Assembly (NCBI GenBank): GCA_046160485.1 | Contig: JBJXGV010000010.1 | Location: 5,644-69,643, forward strand | DNA: 64,000 nt | Direction of reading: 5' to 3' | Source: a bacterium | GTDB taxonomy: Bacteria > Orphanbacterota > Orphanbacteria > JBJXGV01 | Shown here: in pieces, positions 35,081 through 44,871 of the stretch | Layout of the letters: every line of letters starts with the position of its first letter | Position numbering within the stretch: the stretch's first letter is position 1 | Notes under the pieces: generated by a model | What the model was told of the DNA's origin: nothing | The model's database searches: none | Seen by the model: the letters and a program-made list of their open reading frames with translations, nothing else | Position numbers and translations under genes: made by a program

Positions 35081-37828
35081 CTACGCCGGCAGCTTGACCT
35101 CGACGGAGAGGATGCGATAGCGGCGCTCGTGGCCGTCGACGATCACGCTCGCTTCGTCTCCGGCACGCCGTCCCGCGAAGGCCTTCCCGAGCGGCGCGAG
35201 GTACGACAGCACGTTCTCGCCGTGAATGTCGTCGCCTTCGCCGAGAATCCAGTAGGTCGAGCGCTCGTTGTTGTCGACGCTCTCGATCTCGACTTGCGTG
35301 CCGGGCCCGACGACACCCGCCGCAACCATCGACGGTTCGAGCACGAGCGCGCGGCTCCACTTCTCCTCGAGTTCCGTCAGGCGCGCGGCGTAGCGGCGCT
35401 GCTTGTCCTTCGCCGCCTCATACTCTGCGTTCTCGCGAAGGTCGCCGTGCGCGCGCGCGATTTCGATCGCACGCGGTATCGACGTCTTCAGTTCCATCCC
35501 GACCTCGTGCACCTCGTCGCCGAGTTTGGTGTAGGCGGCTTGCGACATGAGAAGGCGGCCGACGAAACTCGTGAGCGGCTGCGGGCCCGAGGGCGCAAGC
35601 GGCGGCGCGCCGCTCTCCGCGCGCTTGGCGGCCGCTGCCCGGCCGGCGCTCGCGCGCCGCGCTTCGCGCACGTCGTTCGCGAACGCCTCGCGCCCGACGC
35701 CGTCGAGCATCTCGAGAATCGGCAGCAGCAGGCGCTCCGACACGCGCCAGTTGATCAGCTCGAGCCGCAACGTCTCGAGCGTTTCGGGAATCGGCTCCGA
35801 ATCGCGAAGGCCTTCGCGCAAACTCTTGTTCTCGGCAAGCTCCTTGAGCGCGACCTTCTCGTGCGTCTCGCGCTGCGGCGCGGCGATGATGCGCAAGAGT
35901 GCAAGCAGCGCATCCCACGCCGGCCAGCCGCGCACGAGTTCCGGCTGCGACACGAGATGAAAAATCGCCGGCGTGCGCGCGGGGCTCTTCACCATCAGTT
36001 TGAGGATGAAGTTGAGGTAGTCCTCGGCGTAATGCGCGGCGAGCAACCCGAGCGCCTCCTCGCGAATCGGCTTCGTGCGCGACGCGAGCGCGGCAAGATA
36101 CACCGGCGTCGGGTCCACCATTCCGGTGGCGAGCGCGAGGCACCGAGACTGCGCGTCCTTCCCCACCGACGGCGGGAACTCGTCGCTTGCGTCGAAGTAG
36201 ATCTCGCACGCGTTGCGCGCCTCTTCGTCGCTGATCGCGTTCATTCGCAGAAGGAGCAGCGCGCACGCAAGCCGCGGCCCGCTCTCGAGCGGCTCCTTCG
36301 CGTAGAGTTTCGCCATCGACGCGGCGTGCGCCTCGCACAACGCGTCGGCGAGCTGGGGGCTCTCGTCGAGAAACTTCTCGAGCGTGTCGACGCGCCGCCA
36401 GAGCGCTTCCTTCACGTCGAAACGCGGCACGGAAACCGCCGGGCGCTTCGAAGGATCGACGATGCGATAGATTTTGCGAACCGTCTGCGAGAGGTCGAAG
36501 CGCGGATCGTCTTTCATCCCTTTTTGCGCGCGCTTCCAAAAGTCGGTCCACGCCGCGAGCGGAACCGTGGCGGGAATCAGCGCGCGCTTCAGATCGTTGA
36601 GCGATCCCTCGCCGCGCAATCCGACGAGCGCTGAGTGAACGATGTTCGCGGGTGCTTCGGCAAGATCGCGCGTGACGCCCTCCTTGTCGTAGACGAGCCG
36701 AACGCGCATGTCGTCGGCGCTGAGCTTCAGGAGCGAACGGCCCGCGATCTCGAGCGACAATTCTTGCGTCCCTTTCGGAAAATCGATGCGCAGCATTTCG
36801 CAGTTGTTGGACGCGACGCGGCCGATGCCGCTGAAGCGATGATCGACGTGAAGGCCCGGCGGCCAGCCGAGCAGAAGATCCGTACGCGTGATCGCGTCGG
36901 GGAGCGGCCGCGTCGGCGACTGCAATCCGGGCGCGTCGATCAGGTCGTCGGGGATTCCGCGCTCGCGCGCGATGCTCCTAAACGAACGAAACGCCGCGGG
37001 ACGCAGCGCATCCTGATCCGCGTGGCGGCCGACGTACTCCTTGAGGAACGTCCACGTCGCATTGTGAAGCCGCTTCGCCTCGAGAAACGCCGCCGCCAAC
37101 TCCCAGTACGGCGCGGCCACGCGGCCGCCGGCGTGACGCGTCAAAAGACAGAGCGTCTCGAAGAGCGACTGCGCGACAGTCGCGTCTTCCGTCTCGAGGA
37201 GCCGCAGGAACGCTTCCTCGATTCGCGGGAACTCGCCCTTCTCCACGAAGCCGGCGAATGATTTCGCGATGTAGCGCTCGCTCTCGGCGCGCGCGCCCTG
37301 GCGGTCGAGCGCGAAGCCCGCGGCCCAGAGAAGGCGATGATCGTCGGGCGCGATGCGCGCGGCTTCGACGAGAAGTGCCGGCGGAACTCCGTCGGCGCCG
37401 CCCTTCTCCCACGCACGCGCCAGACAACGCGCGAAATCCGGGCTCGACGTGAGCGAAAGCGCTCGCGACGCCGCCGCGACGAATCCATCCCACGCCCCCG
37501 CGCGCTCGAGCGCCGCGGTGACCTGCGTGAAGGCCTCGCGCGCGCCGGTCTCGTTGCCGGCCACCGCTTCGAGCACGCCCGCGGCGTAGAGTCCCGCGGT
37601 ATTCGGATTGCGAGCGCCCGTCGTGGCGCTGGCACGCAGGCGAGCGAGAAGATGGGCCGCCGCCTCGGCATCGATCGTGTCGCCGCCGAGCGCGGCGTCG
37701 ATGCTGACGGCCGTCTCACGCGTCATCGGCCGGCTGACGTGGTTCTGTACGATTTCGCCGAGCGAGCCAGCAATCTGTTCGGGAGTCTGATTCATCTGCG
37801 CTGCGTTCTCTCCATCCAAGCGGTTCAC
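35081..37828 (-). CDS. greA: Transcription elongation factor GreA with long N-terminal extension
   Basis: C-terminal 'ARAHGDLRENAEYEAAK...SYLAPLGKA' GreA signature; about 750-aa helical N-terminus. Confidence 0.85.
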   Translation of the reverse strand: MNRLDGENAAQMNQTPEQIAGSLGEIVQNHVSRPMTRETAVSIDAALGGDTIDAEAAAHLLARLRASATTGARNPNTAGLYAAGVLEAVAGNETGAREAFTQVTAALERAGAWDGFVAAASRALSLTSSPDFARCLARAWEKGGADGVPPALLVEAARIAPDDHRLLWAAGFALDRQGARAESERYIAKSFAGFVEKGEFPRIEEAFLRLLETEDATVAQSLFETLCLLTRHAGGRVAAPYWELAAAFLEAKRLHNATWTFLKEYVGRHADQDALRPAAFRSFRSIARERGIPDDLIDAPGLQSPTRPLPDAITRTDLLLGWPPGLHVDHRFSGIGRVASNNCEMLRIDFPKGTQELSLEIAGRSLLKLSADDMRVRLVYDKEGVTRDLAEAPANIVHSALVGLRGEGSLNDLKRALIPATVPLAAWTDFWKRAQKGMKDDPRFDLSQTVRKIYRIVDPSKRPAVSVPRFDVKEALWRRVDTLEKFLDESPQLADALCEAHAASMAKLYAKEPLESGPRLACALLLLRMNAISDEEARNACEIYFDASDEFPPSVGKDAQSRCLALATGMVDPTPVYLAALASRTKPIREEALGLLAAHYAEDYLNFILKLMVKSPARTPAIFHLVSQPELVRGWPAWDALLALLRIIAAPQRETHEKVALKELAENKSLREGLRDSEPIPETLETLRLELINWRVSERLLLPILEMLDGVGREAFANDVREARRASAGRAAAAKRAESGAPPLAPSGPQPLTSFVGRLLMSQAAYTKLGDEVHEVGMELKTSIPRAIEIARAHGDLRENAEYEAAKDKQRRYAARLTELEEKWSRALVLEPSMVAAGVVGPGTQVEIESVDNNERSTYWILGEGDDIHGENVLSYLAPLGKAFAGRRAGDEASVIVDGHERRYRILSVEVKLPA

Positions 37829-37961
37829 TCTGTCGGTCGCGACGCGCGCGCGCCAGCGCGACGATGCGTCGCGGGCATGACACGGGTCCCCATTCTAAGC
37901 GCAACCGGCTCCCGCGCGGTAGTCGTTCGTGGCGGACCCGCGCGCGTGATATTCTGCCCGC

Positions 37962-40442
37962 ATGGACTACGAGAAACTCGGCGCGTTCTACTTGGGACGA
38001 TTGCGCGATCCCGGCGCGGCTGCGGCGCGGCCCGATCTTCTTCTCTACGACTCGAAGGATCTCACGACGCACGCTGTCTGCGTCGGCATGACGGGAAGCG
38101 GCAAAACGGGCCTCTGCATCGGGCTGCTCGAAGAGGCGGCGATCGATGGCATCCCCGCGATCATCATCGATCCGAAGGGCGATCTCGGGAATCTTCTCCT
38201 GACGTTCCCGCAACTCGCGGCGAGCGATTTTCAGCCGTGGATCGACGAGGGCGAGGCCGCGCGCAAGGGTGAGACGGTCGACGCGGCGGCGGCGCGCGTG
38301 GCGGCGATGTGGCGCGACGGACTCGCGGAGTGGGGGCAGGACGCCGCGCGCATCGCGCGGTATCGCGACGCGGTCGATACGGTTGTTTATACGCCGGGCT
38401 CGAACGCGGGGATCCCTCTCTCGGTGCTGCGCTCGTTCGCCGCGCCGGGGCGCGCGCTCCTCGACGACGCGGACGCACTGCACGAACGCGTCGGCTCCGC
38501 GGTCTCCGGGCTCCTCACGCTCATCGGCCGCGACGCCGATCCGATCGCAAGCCGCGATCACATCCTGATCGCGAACATTCTCGCCGCTGCATGGCGCGAG
38601 GGGCGCGACCTCGACATCGCCGGCATCATCCGCGCCGTGCAGTCGCCGCCGATGACGACGATCGGCGTGCTCGACATCGAGTCGTTCTACCCGGCGAAGG
38701 AGCGCATGGCGCTCGCGATGGCGCTCAACAACCTGCTCGCGTCGCCCGGGTTCGCCGCGTGGATGGAGGGCGAACCGCTCGATGTCGCGCGGCTCTTGTG
38801 GACGCCCGAAGGACGGCCGCGCCTGGCGATCATCTCGATCGCGCACCTCGGCGACGCGGAGCGCATGTTCATCGTCACGCTTTTGCTCAATGAGATGATC
38901 GCGTGGATGCGCGCGCAGGCGGGGACGTCGAGTCTGCGAGCGCTTCTCTATATGGACGAAGTCTTCGGCTACTTCCCGCCGACCGCGAATCCGCCGTCGA
39001 AGATTCCGATGCTCACGCTGCTCAAGCAGGCGCGCGCGTACGGACTCGGCGTCGTGCTCGCGACGCAAAATCCGGTCGACCTCGACTACAAGGGGCTCTC
39101 GAACGCGGGGACGTGGTTCATCGGGCGCTTGCAGACAGAGCGCGACAAGGCGCGCGTGCTCGAAGGACTCGAAGGCGCGAGCACGGCCGCGGGCGCCGCG
39201 TTCGACAAGGCCGCGTACGACGCGATGATCTCCGGGCTCGGGAGCCGCGTGTTTCTCATGAACAACGTGCACGACGACGCGCCGGTGCTCTTTCAGACGC
39301 GATGGACGCTCTCCTATTTGCGCGGGCCACTGACGAAGGCGCAGATCGCGGGGCTCATGGCGGCGCGCAAAGCGACGGCGGCGGCGAATGCGCAAGGCGC
39401 GACAGGGATGTCGGCCGCAAGCCCGACGACGACTTCACCCTCCTCGACATCATTACCCGCGACGCCGTCATCCGCGTCGACGCCGCCATCCGTATCGTCG
39501 TCGAAGAGCGCCTCGCCCGCGCCGCTATCGCCGGGCGCGCGACCCGTCCTCCCCGCGGATGTCGCGGAGGCTTTTCATCGCGCTGCAGCGGGAGCCGCGC
39601 CGCTTGCGCCATCGCTTTTCGGAGTGGCGCGCGTCCACTTCATTTCGGCGAAGGCCGATGTCGACATGTGGGAAAACGTCGCCGTCGCCGCGCCGATCGC
39701 GTCGTCAGCGCTCGGCGATCCGTGGGAGAGCGCCGCGCCGATCGACGGCGGCGAGGCGGCGCTCGGTGCGGAGCCGCCGGCCAGCGCGCGCTTCGCGGAG
39801 ATCCCGGCGGGCGTGCTCGCGGCGAAAGCGCTCGCGCGCTGGCCCAAACTCCTCGCTGATCATCTCTACCGCACACGCACGCTCACGATGTGGAGCGCAC
39901 CGGAGTTGAAATCCGTGTCGCGCGCCGGCGAAAGCGAGGGCGAGTTCCGCGCGCGCCTTGCACACCGCGCGCACGAAGACCGCGACGCGCTGAAGGAGAA
40001 GATTCGCGCGAAGGCCGCCCCGCAGCTTGCGCGCATCGAGGAGCGGCTGCGCACCGCCGTGCAGCGCGCGGAGCGCGAGAAGGCGCAGTACGAGCAGCAG
40101 AAAATGCAGAGCGCGATCTCGATCGGCGCGACGGTTGTCGGCGCGCTTTTCGGGCGCAAGATCGCGAGCACGGGAAACGTCGGGCGCGCGACGACGGCGG
40201 CGCGCGGCATGGGCCGCGCCGCGCGCGAGCGCGAGGACGCAGCGCGCGCCGAGGAGTCCGTCGACGATCTGCGCGCGCGCCTCGCCGAAATCGAAGCGCA
40301 AATCGAAGCCGACCTCGCCACCGCAGCCGGCCCCGTCGATCCCGCATCGATCGCGCTCGAGCCGCTCGAAATCCGCCCGCGCAAGTCCGACATCTCCGTC
40401 ACGCGCGTCGGGATCCTTTGGGGCGCGGGTTCGCGAGCGTAA
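37962..40442 (+). CDS. HerA/DUF87-like P-loop ATPase
   Basis: 'THAVCVGMTGSGKT', 'IIDPKGD', 'LYMDEVFG', 'VLATQNPVDLDYK'. Confidence 0.85.
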   Translation: MDYEKLGAFYLGRLRDPGAAAARPDLLLYDSKDLTTHAVCVGMTGSGKTGLCIGLLEEAAIDGIPAIIIDPKGDLGNLLLTFPQLAASDFQPWIDEGEAARKGETVDAAAARVAAMWRDGLAEWGQDAARIARYRDAVDTVVYTPGSNAGIPLSVLRSFAAPGRALLDDADALHERVGSAVSGLLTLIGRDADPIASRDHILIANILAAAWREGRDLDIAGIIRAVQSPPMTTIGVLDIESFYPAKERMALAMALNNLLASPGFAAWMEGEPLDVARLLWTPEGRPRLAIISIAHLGDAERMFIVTLLLNEMIAWMRAQAGTSSLRALLYMDEVFGYFPPTANPPSKIPMLTLLKQARAYGLGVVLATQNPVDLDYKGLSNAGTWFIGRLQTERDKARVLEGLEGASTAAGAAFDKAAYDAMISGLGSRVFLMNNVHDDAPVLFQTRWTLSYLRGPLTKAQIAGLMAARKATAAANAQGATGMSAASPTTTSPSSTSLPATPSSASTPPSVSSSKSASPAPLSPGARPVLPADVAEAFHRAAAGAAPLAPSLFGVARVHFISAKADVDMWENVAVAAPIASSALGDPWESAAPIDGGEAALGAEPPASARFAEIPAGVLAAKALARWPKLLADHLYRTRTLTMWSAPELKSVSRAGESEGEFRARLAHRAHEDRDALKEKIRAKAAPQLARIEERLRTAVQRAEREKAQYEQQKMQSAISIGATVVGALFGRKIASTGNVGRATTAARGMGRAAREREDAARAEESVDDLRARLAEIEAQIEADLATAAGPVDPASIALEPLEIRPRKSDISVTRVGILWGAGSRA

Positions 40443-40443
40443 C

Positions 40444-40737
40444 GTGTCGGACGCGACGCGCACACCACCTCCCAGCTACCGAACGCAATCGCGCGACACG
40501 AGCTACGAGGCCGAGCAGTTCTACTTCGCCCAGATACGCGCGCTCCCAATCTGGGAGCGCGCGGCTCGAGCGATGGCGCTACAAGAAGCCGTTGAGAGGC
40601 TCAGCGAGGTCGGCATCCGCCAGCGCTTTCCCGATGCCACGCCCGAGGAAATGCGCTTGCGGATCGGTGCGTTACGCGTCGATCGCGAAACGATGATCCG
40701 CCTCTACGATTGGGATCCTCTGGAGAAAGGCTATTGA
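40444..40737 (+). CDS. Small helical protein, MenA1-like putative antitoxin
   Basis: GTG 40444; 'SRDTSYEAE...[13 protein letters not shown]'; stop overlaps NTase start (TTGA). Confidence 0.55.
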   Translation: MSDATRTPPPSYRTQSRDTSYEAEQFYFAQIRALPIWERAARAMALQEAVERLSEVGIRQRFPDATPEEMRLRIGALRVDRETMIRLYDWDPLEKGY

Positions 40738-41321
40738 AGTACACGAATCCGCTGGAGATTGCGCTCATGGTGGCAGAAGTGTTCGAGACGCTGGATGTTT
40801 CGTACGTCATCGGAGGTTCGCTCGCGAGCACGATCCATGGAGAAGCGCGCAGCACTCAAGACGTCGATCTCGTGGCCAACATGAAATCTGAGCATGTGGC
40901 TGCCTTTGTCGCGGGTCTCGAACATCGATTCGATATCGACACCGAACAGGTTCATCGAGCGATTCGTGAACATGGGAGCTTCAACATTTTCTACCGAAAG
41001 TTGATCTTCAAAGTCGACGTCTACGTGCCCGCGTCGAACGCGCTCGACAAAGCGCAGATGGAGCGTCGGCGCCGACAACGCATTCTTGAGGATCCCGAAC
41101 GATGGGCCTACATACCGAGTGCCGAGGACTCGGTGCTGCAAAAGCTCCGCTGGTACCGCATTGGTGGTGAAGTCTCCGACCGCCAATGGCGTGACGTGCT
41201 CGGCGTGATGAAGGTTCAGGCCAGCACGATCGACCTCGAATACCTCCGCCGTATGGCAGGCGCCAATGGACTTTCCGACTTGCTCCTTCGCGCGTTGGCA
41301 GAGTCGGGCATCGGAGCCTAG
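40734..41321 (+). CDS. Nucleotidyltransferase (MenT/AbiEii-like putative toxin)
   Basis: '[24 protein letters not shown]' NTase motif; 'EDSVLQKL...RQWRDV'. Confidence 0.75.
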   Translation: MKYTNPLEIALMVAEVFETLDVSYVIGGSLASTIHGEARSTQDVDLVANMKSEHVAAFVAGLEHRFDIDTEQVHRAIREHGSFNIFYRKLIFKVDVYVPASNALDKAQMERRRRQRILEDPERWAYIPSAEDSVLQKLRWYRIGGEVSDRQWRDVLGVMKVQASTIDLEYLRRMAGANGLSDLLLRALAESGIGA

Positions 41322-41422
41322 ATCTCCAAGCGCAGCACGTCTGGTCGCGCGCAGCGGCAGCGCTTATACTGGCCGCGAGTTTCGCGAACAACCCGCGACC
41401 GAGAGGAAGAACACCCCACGCC

Positions 41423-42565
41423 ATGAAGAGAAATCCGACACGCGCGGTGCGCGCGGGCACGGTGACGATCGGCGGCGGCGCGCCGATCGTGGTGCAGAGC
41501 ATGTGCGCGACGAAGACGACCGACATCGCCGCGTCGGTCGCGCAGACACTTGCGCTCGCGGAGGCGGGCGCGGGGCTCGTGCGCCTCGCGGTCGATTCGC
41601 AGTCCGACGCGCGCGGCCTCGCCGAAGTTCGCCGCGAGACGCGCGGCCGCGCGAACCTCGTCGTCGACCTCCAGGAGAACTACCGCCTCGCGGCCGACGT
41701 CGCGCCGCACGTCGACAAGATTCGCTACAACCCGGGGCATCTCTATCACCACGAGAAAGAGAAGCCGGTACGCGAAAAGGTGCGGTTCATCGTCGAGACG
41801 GCGCGCGCGCACGGTTGCGCTTTGCGCATCGGCGTCAACTGCGGCTCCGTCGACCCGCCGCTCGCCGCGCGCTTCCCCGACGACGACGTCTCCGCAATGG
41901 TCGAGTCGGCGCTCGAGCACTGCACGCTTCTCGACGAACTCGGCTTCGCGAACTACGTCGTCTCGCTTAAGGATTCCGATCCGAACAAAGTGATCGAGGC
42001 GAACGCCGCGTTCGCGGCGCGGCGCGCAGACGTGCCGCTTCATCTCGGCGTGACGGAGGCTGGGCTTCCGCCCGACGGCGTCATCAAGACGCGCATCGCG
42101 TTCGAGCAACTCCTTGCGCGCGGCATCGGCGACACGATTCGCGTTTCGCTCACGCTGCCGAACGATCGCAAGCCGGAGGAGGTCGTCGCGGGCCTCAAGA
42201 TTCTCGAGGACGTCGCCAATGGACGCTTCCGCTCCGTGCCGCGCTTCGAGAACAATCGCCTCAACATCATTTCGTGTCCGTCGTGTTCGCGCGTCGAGAA
42301 CGAAAAGTTCGTCGAGCTTGCGGAGGCGGTGCGCGAGATGACGCGCTACGCCGAGCGGCACAAGATCACGATCGCGGTGATGGGATGCCGCGTGAATGGG
42401 CCCGGCGAAACGGACGACGCCGATCTCGGACTCTGGTGCGGGCCGAACCACGTCAATCTCAAGCGCGGCGAGGCGACTGTCGGCGCGTTCGGATACGACG
42501 AAGTGCTCGGCCGGCTGCGCGCCGAACTCGATCAGATGATCGCCGCGCGCGCGACCGCTTCGTAG
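41423..42565 (+). CDS. ispG: (E)-4-hydroxy-3-methylbut-2-enyl-diphosphate synthase
   Basis: 'IVVQSM', 'KIRYNPG', 'RIGVNCGS', 'HLGVTEAG', '[11 protein letters not shown]', 'SCPSCSR', '[11 protein letters not shown]'. Confidence 0.95.
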   Translation: MKRNPTRAVRAGTVTIGGGAPIVVQSMCATKTTDIAASVAQTLALAEAGAGLVRLAVDSQSDARGLAEVRRETRGRANLVVDLQENYRLAADVAPHVDKIRYNPGHLYHHEKEKPVREKVRFIVETARAHGCALRIGVNCGSVDPPLAARFPDDDVSAMVESALEHCTLLDELGFANYVVSLKDSDPNKVIEANAAFAARRADVPLHLGVTEAGLPPDGVIKTRIAFEQLLARGIGDTIRVSLTLPNDRKPEEVVAGLKILEDVANGRFRSVPRFENNRLNIISCPSCSRVENEKFVELAEAVREMTRYAERHKITIAVMGCRVNGPGETDDADLGLWCGPNHVNLKRGEATVGAFGYDEVLGRLRAELDQMIAARATAS

Positions 42566-42572
42566 ACAAACG

Positions 42573-42607
42573 AAAGCGGGCTCGTTCGAGGAGTCGCCCG
42601 AGCCCGC
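42573..42607 (-). terminator. Intrinsic terminator between ispG and convergent small gene
   Basis: GCGGGCTCG...CGAGCCCGC stem followed by TTTCGTTT on minus strand. Confidence 0.6.
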
Positions 42608-42635
42608 CCACGGATTTGTCGAATTGACGCGCTAG

Positions 42636-42803
42636 TTATTCGTCGTCGTCGTCGATGAGTTCGTCTTCTTCATCTTCGAATTCGTCTTCCTCCTCGAATT
42701 CTTCCTCGTCGAGATCCGCGCACTCGTTCGTGCAGTACGTCTTGTCGTTCCGCGCGACTGGCCTGCCGTCGATGTCGTCCCCGCAGTAGGCACATTCGGC
42801 CAT
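42636..42803 (-). CDS. 55-aa CxxC...YCxxxC metal-binding protein with acidic tail
   Basis: MAECAYCGDDIDGRPVARNDKTYCTNECADLDEEEFEEEDEFEDEEDELIDDDDE; AAGGGGG RBS; own terminator; below ORF-track cutoff. Confidence 0.75.
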   Translation of the reverse strand: MAECAYCGDDIDGRPVARNDKTYCTNECADLDEEEFEEEDEFEDEEDELIDDDDE

Positions 42804-42941
42804 GGAAACTCACCCCCTTCTGGCACACAGCCGGGTTCCTCGGAGCGGGCGCGAAGGGTCGTCGCGACCGCGTTTTCCCAGGGCGGCGGGAACATATCAC
42901 CGCGCGGCGAGCGCCTTCAAGGGGGATATAATCGGCGCGCA

Positions 42942-44744
42942 ATGGCCTCGTTCGCTCATCGATTTTCGCCGCGCCGCGCCGCGATTTTGCTCCTCGCCGC
43001 CGCGATCATCCCGTTCCTTCCGGCGCTCGGCGGCGAATTTCTCTACGACGATTTCCCGGCGATTCTGAAGAACCCGAGCGTGCAGCGCGGCGATGTCGGC
43101 GGCGTTTTTTCTAGCGGCAGCTACTGGCGCGAGGAGATTGTCGGCTACCGGCCGATCGCGACGCTGTCGTTCATCGCAAATCGCGCGGCGAGCGGCGACG
43201 CGCCGTGGGCGTTTCACGCGACGAACCTCGCGCTTCACGCGATCAACACGCTTCTCGTCGCGGCGCTGGCGCGACGGCTGCTCGTGCGAGGCGGCTTCGA
43301 TGCGCAGTGCGCGAGCGCGGCGAGCGTCGCCGGCGCGCTGCTCTTCGCGGTTCATCCCGCGCAAGTCGAAGCCGTCGCCGGCATCGCGGCGGGTCGCGCC
43401 GAACTCTTGTCGCTACTCTTCGTTCTCGCAGCGCTCGTTGTGAGCCTCCGCGAGCGAATCGCCCCGTGGTCCCGCGCGGTGGCACTCGGAGCCTTCTATC
43501 TCATCGCACTTCTCTCAAAGGAGAGCGCGCTCGTGTTGCCGGCGCTCCTTCTCGTGCTCCATGGGCGCACGCGCGCGGAAAACGCGCTGCGGTTGTGGCA
43601 CCTCGCGCCGTGTGCGCTCGCGCTCGCGGCCTACATCGCTCTGCGCCACGCCGCGCTCGGGCGCATCGGCGGAATGATGCCGGCGTTCCTCGACAATCCG
43701 CTCGCGCACGCCGTGTCCGCGTCGCCCGCGGCGATTCTTCCCGGCGCGCTTCGCGTGCTCTCCGAGTACGCGCGGCTCATCATCTTCCCCGCCGCGCTCT
43801 CCGCGGACTACGGGTTCGACGCGATCCCGCTTCCGCCGACCTTGTTCTCGCGCGCGGTGCTCCCTGGCGTGCTCTTCGCCGTCGCGATTGCAGGCGCCGT
43901 CATCGCCGTCGTGATCCGCGCGCGGCGGCCGAGCGACGCGCTCGCACACTCTCTCGCCGCGACGCTGCCGCACGCCGCGATCGCGATCCTCGTCACGCTC
44001 GCAATCCCGCTCCACCTTGTTTCGACGCTTCCCGCGATCGCGGCGGAGCGATTCCTCTGCATGCCGATGGCGTTCGTCGCGCTGATCGCCGCGTCGCTTG
44101 CCGGCGCATGGCTGTCGGCGGATGCGACGCGGCGCGCGGCGCGCCCCGCACTCCGCGCCGCGGTTCGCGCGACCGCGATCGCCGTCGTGCTCATCCTCGC
44201 GGCGCGCTCCGGCGCGCGCGCGTTCGACTGGCGAAACGAACGCGCGCTCTTCGAATCGAGCGCGCGCGCGAAACCCGGCAGTGCGCGCCTTCACAACGCG
44301 CTCGGGATCGCGTACGCGAACGAAGGCAACGCGACGCGCGCAGAAGCCGAGTACCGCCGCGCGCTCGAGATCTACCCCGAGTACGCCGCGGCGCTCGTCA
44401 ACATCGGGAATGTCGAGCTGCGGCGCGGCGACGCGGCCGCTGCGCGTGCGCGCTACGAACGCGCGGTCGCGCTCGATCCGAACTACGTGAAGGCCCGCTG
44501 GAATCTCGCCGTCGCGCTCGAGAAGCAAGGCGACGTGAACGGCGCGGCGCGCGAGTACGGCGAGATCGCGATGCGCGACGCGACGCACTTCGACGCGCGA
44601 CTACGGCTCGGCGAGATCCTCGCGGCCGCGGGTCGAGCGCGCGAAGCGGAGCGCGCGTTCACCGAAGCGCTCGCGCTTCGTCCCGGCGACGCGGCGGCGA
44701 CGCGCGCCCTCGACGCCGCGCGCGCTTCGGCGCCGCAGAACTGA
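42942..44744 (+). CDS. TMTC-like (GT-C + DUF1736 + TPR) membrane protein
   Basis: 'FLYDD...NP', 'YRPIATLS', 'FHATNLALHAIN', 'FAVHPAQVEAV', 'LSKE', 'LSADY', 'AERFL', TPRs. Confidence 0.85.
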   Translation: MASFAHRFSPRRAAILLLAAAIIPFLPALGGEFLYDDFPAILKNPSVQRGDVGGVFSSGSYWREEIVGYRPIATLSFIANRAASGDAPWAFHATNLALHAINTLLVAALARRLLVRGGFDAQCASAASVAGALLFAVHPAQVEAVAGIAAGRAELLSLLFVLAALVVSLRERIAPWSRAVALGAFYLIALLSKESALVLPALLLVLHGRTRAENALRLWHLAPCALALAAYIALRHAALGRIGGMMPAFLDNPLAHAVSASPAAILPGALRVLSEYARLIIFPAALSADYGFDAIPLPPTLFSRAVLPGVLFAVAIAGAVIAVVIRARRPSDALAHSLAATLPHAAIAILVTLAIPLHLVSTLPAIAAERFLCMPMAFVALIAASLAGAWLSADATRRAARPALRAAVRATAIAVVLILAARSGARAFDWRNERALFESSARAKPGSARLHNALGIAYANEGNATRAEAEYRRALEIYPEYAAALVNIGNVELRRGDAAAARARYERAVALDPNYVKARWNLAVALEKQGDVNGAAREYGEIAMRDATHFDARLRLGEILAAAGRAREAERAFTEALALRPGDAAATRALDAARASAPQN

Positions 44745-44871
44745 TCCCGCAACCAAGATCGCGCGGCACGGCATGTGCTACCATGCGCCTCGAACGTCGC
44801 GCCACCGCGACACGATCACGCACAAAGTCCAGCAAAGTCCTCCGCCGTCATTACCTTCGAGGGGTGCGCGC

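Noticed and set aside
39410-39530. Ser/Thr/Pro-rich stretch
   Set aside because: Low-complexity linker within the ATPase, not a DNA repeat.
37962-40442. HerA-based defence system (Sir2-HerA/Nezha type)
   Set aside because: No adjacent Sir2 or nuclease partner; codon use is host-like.
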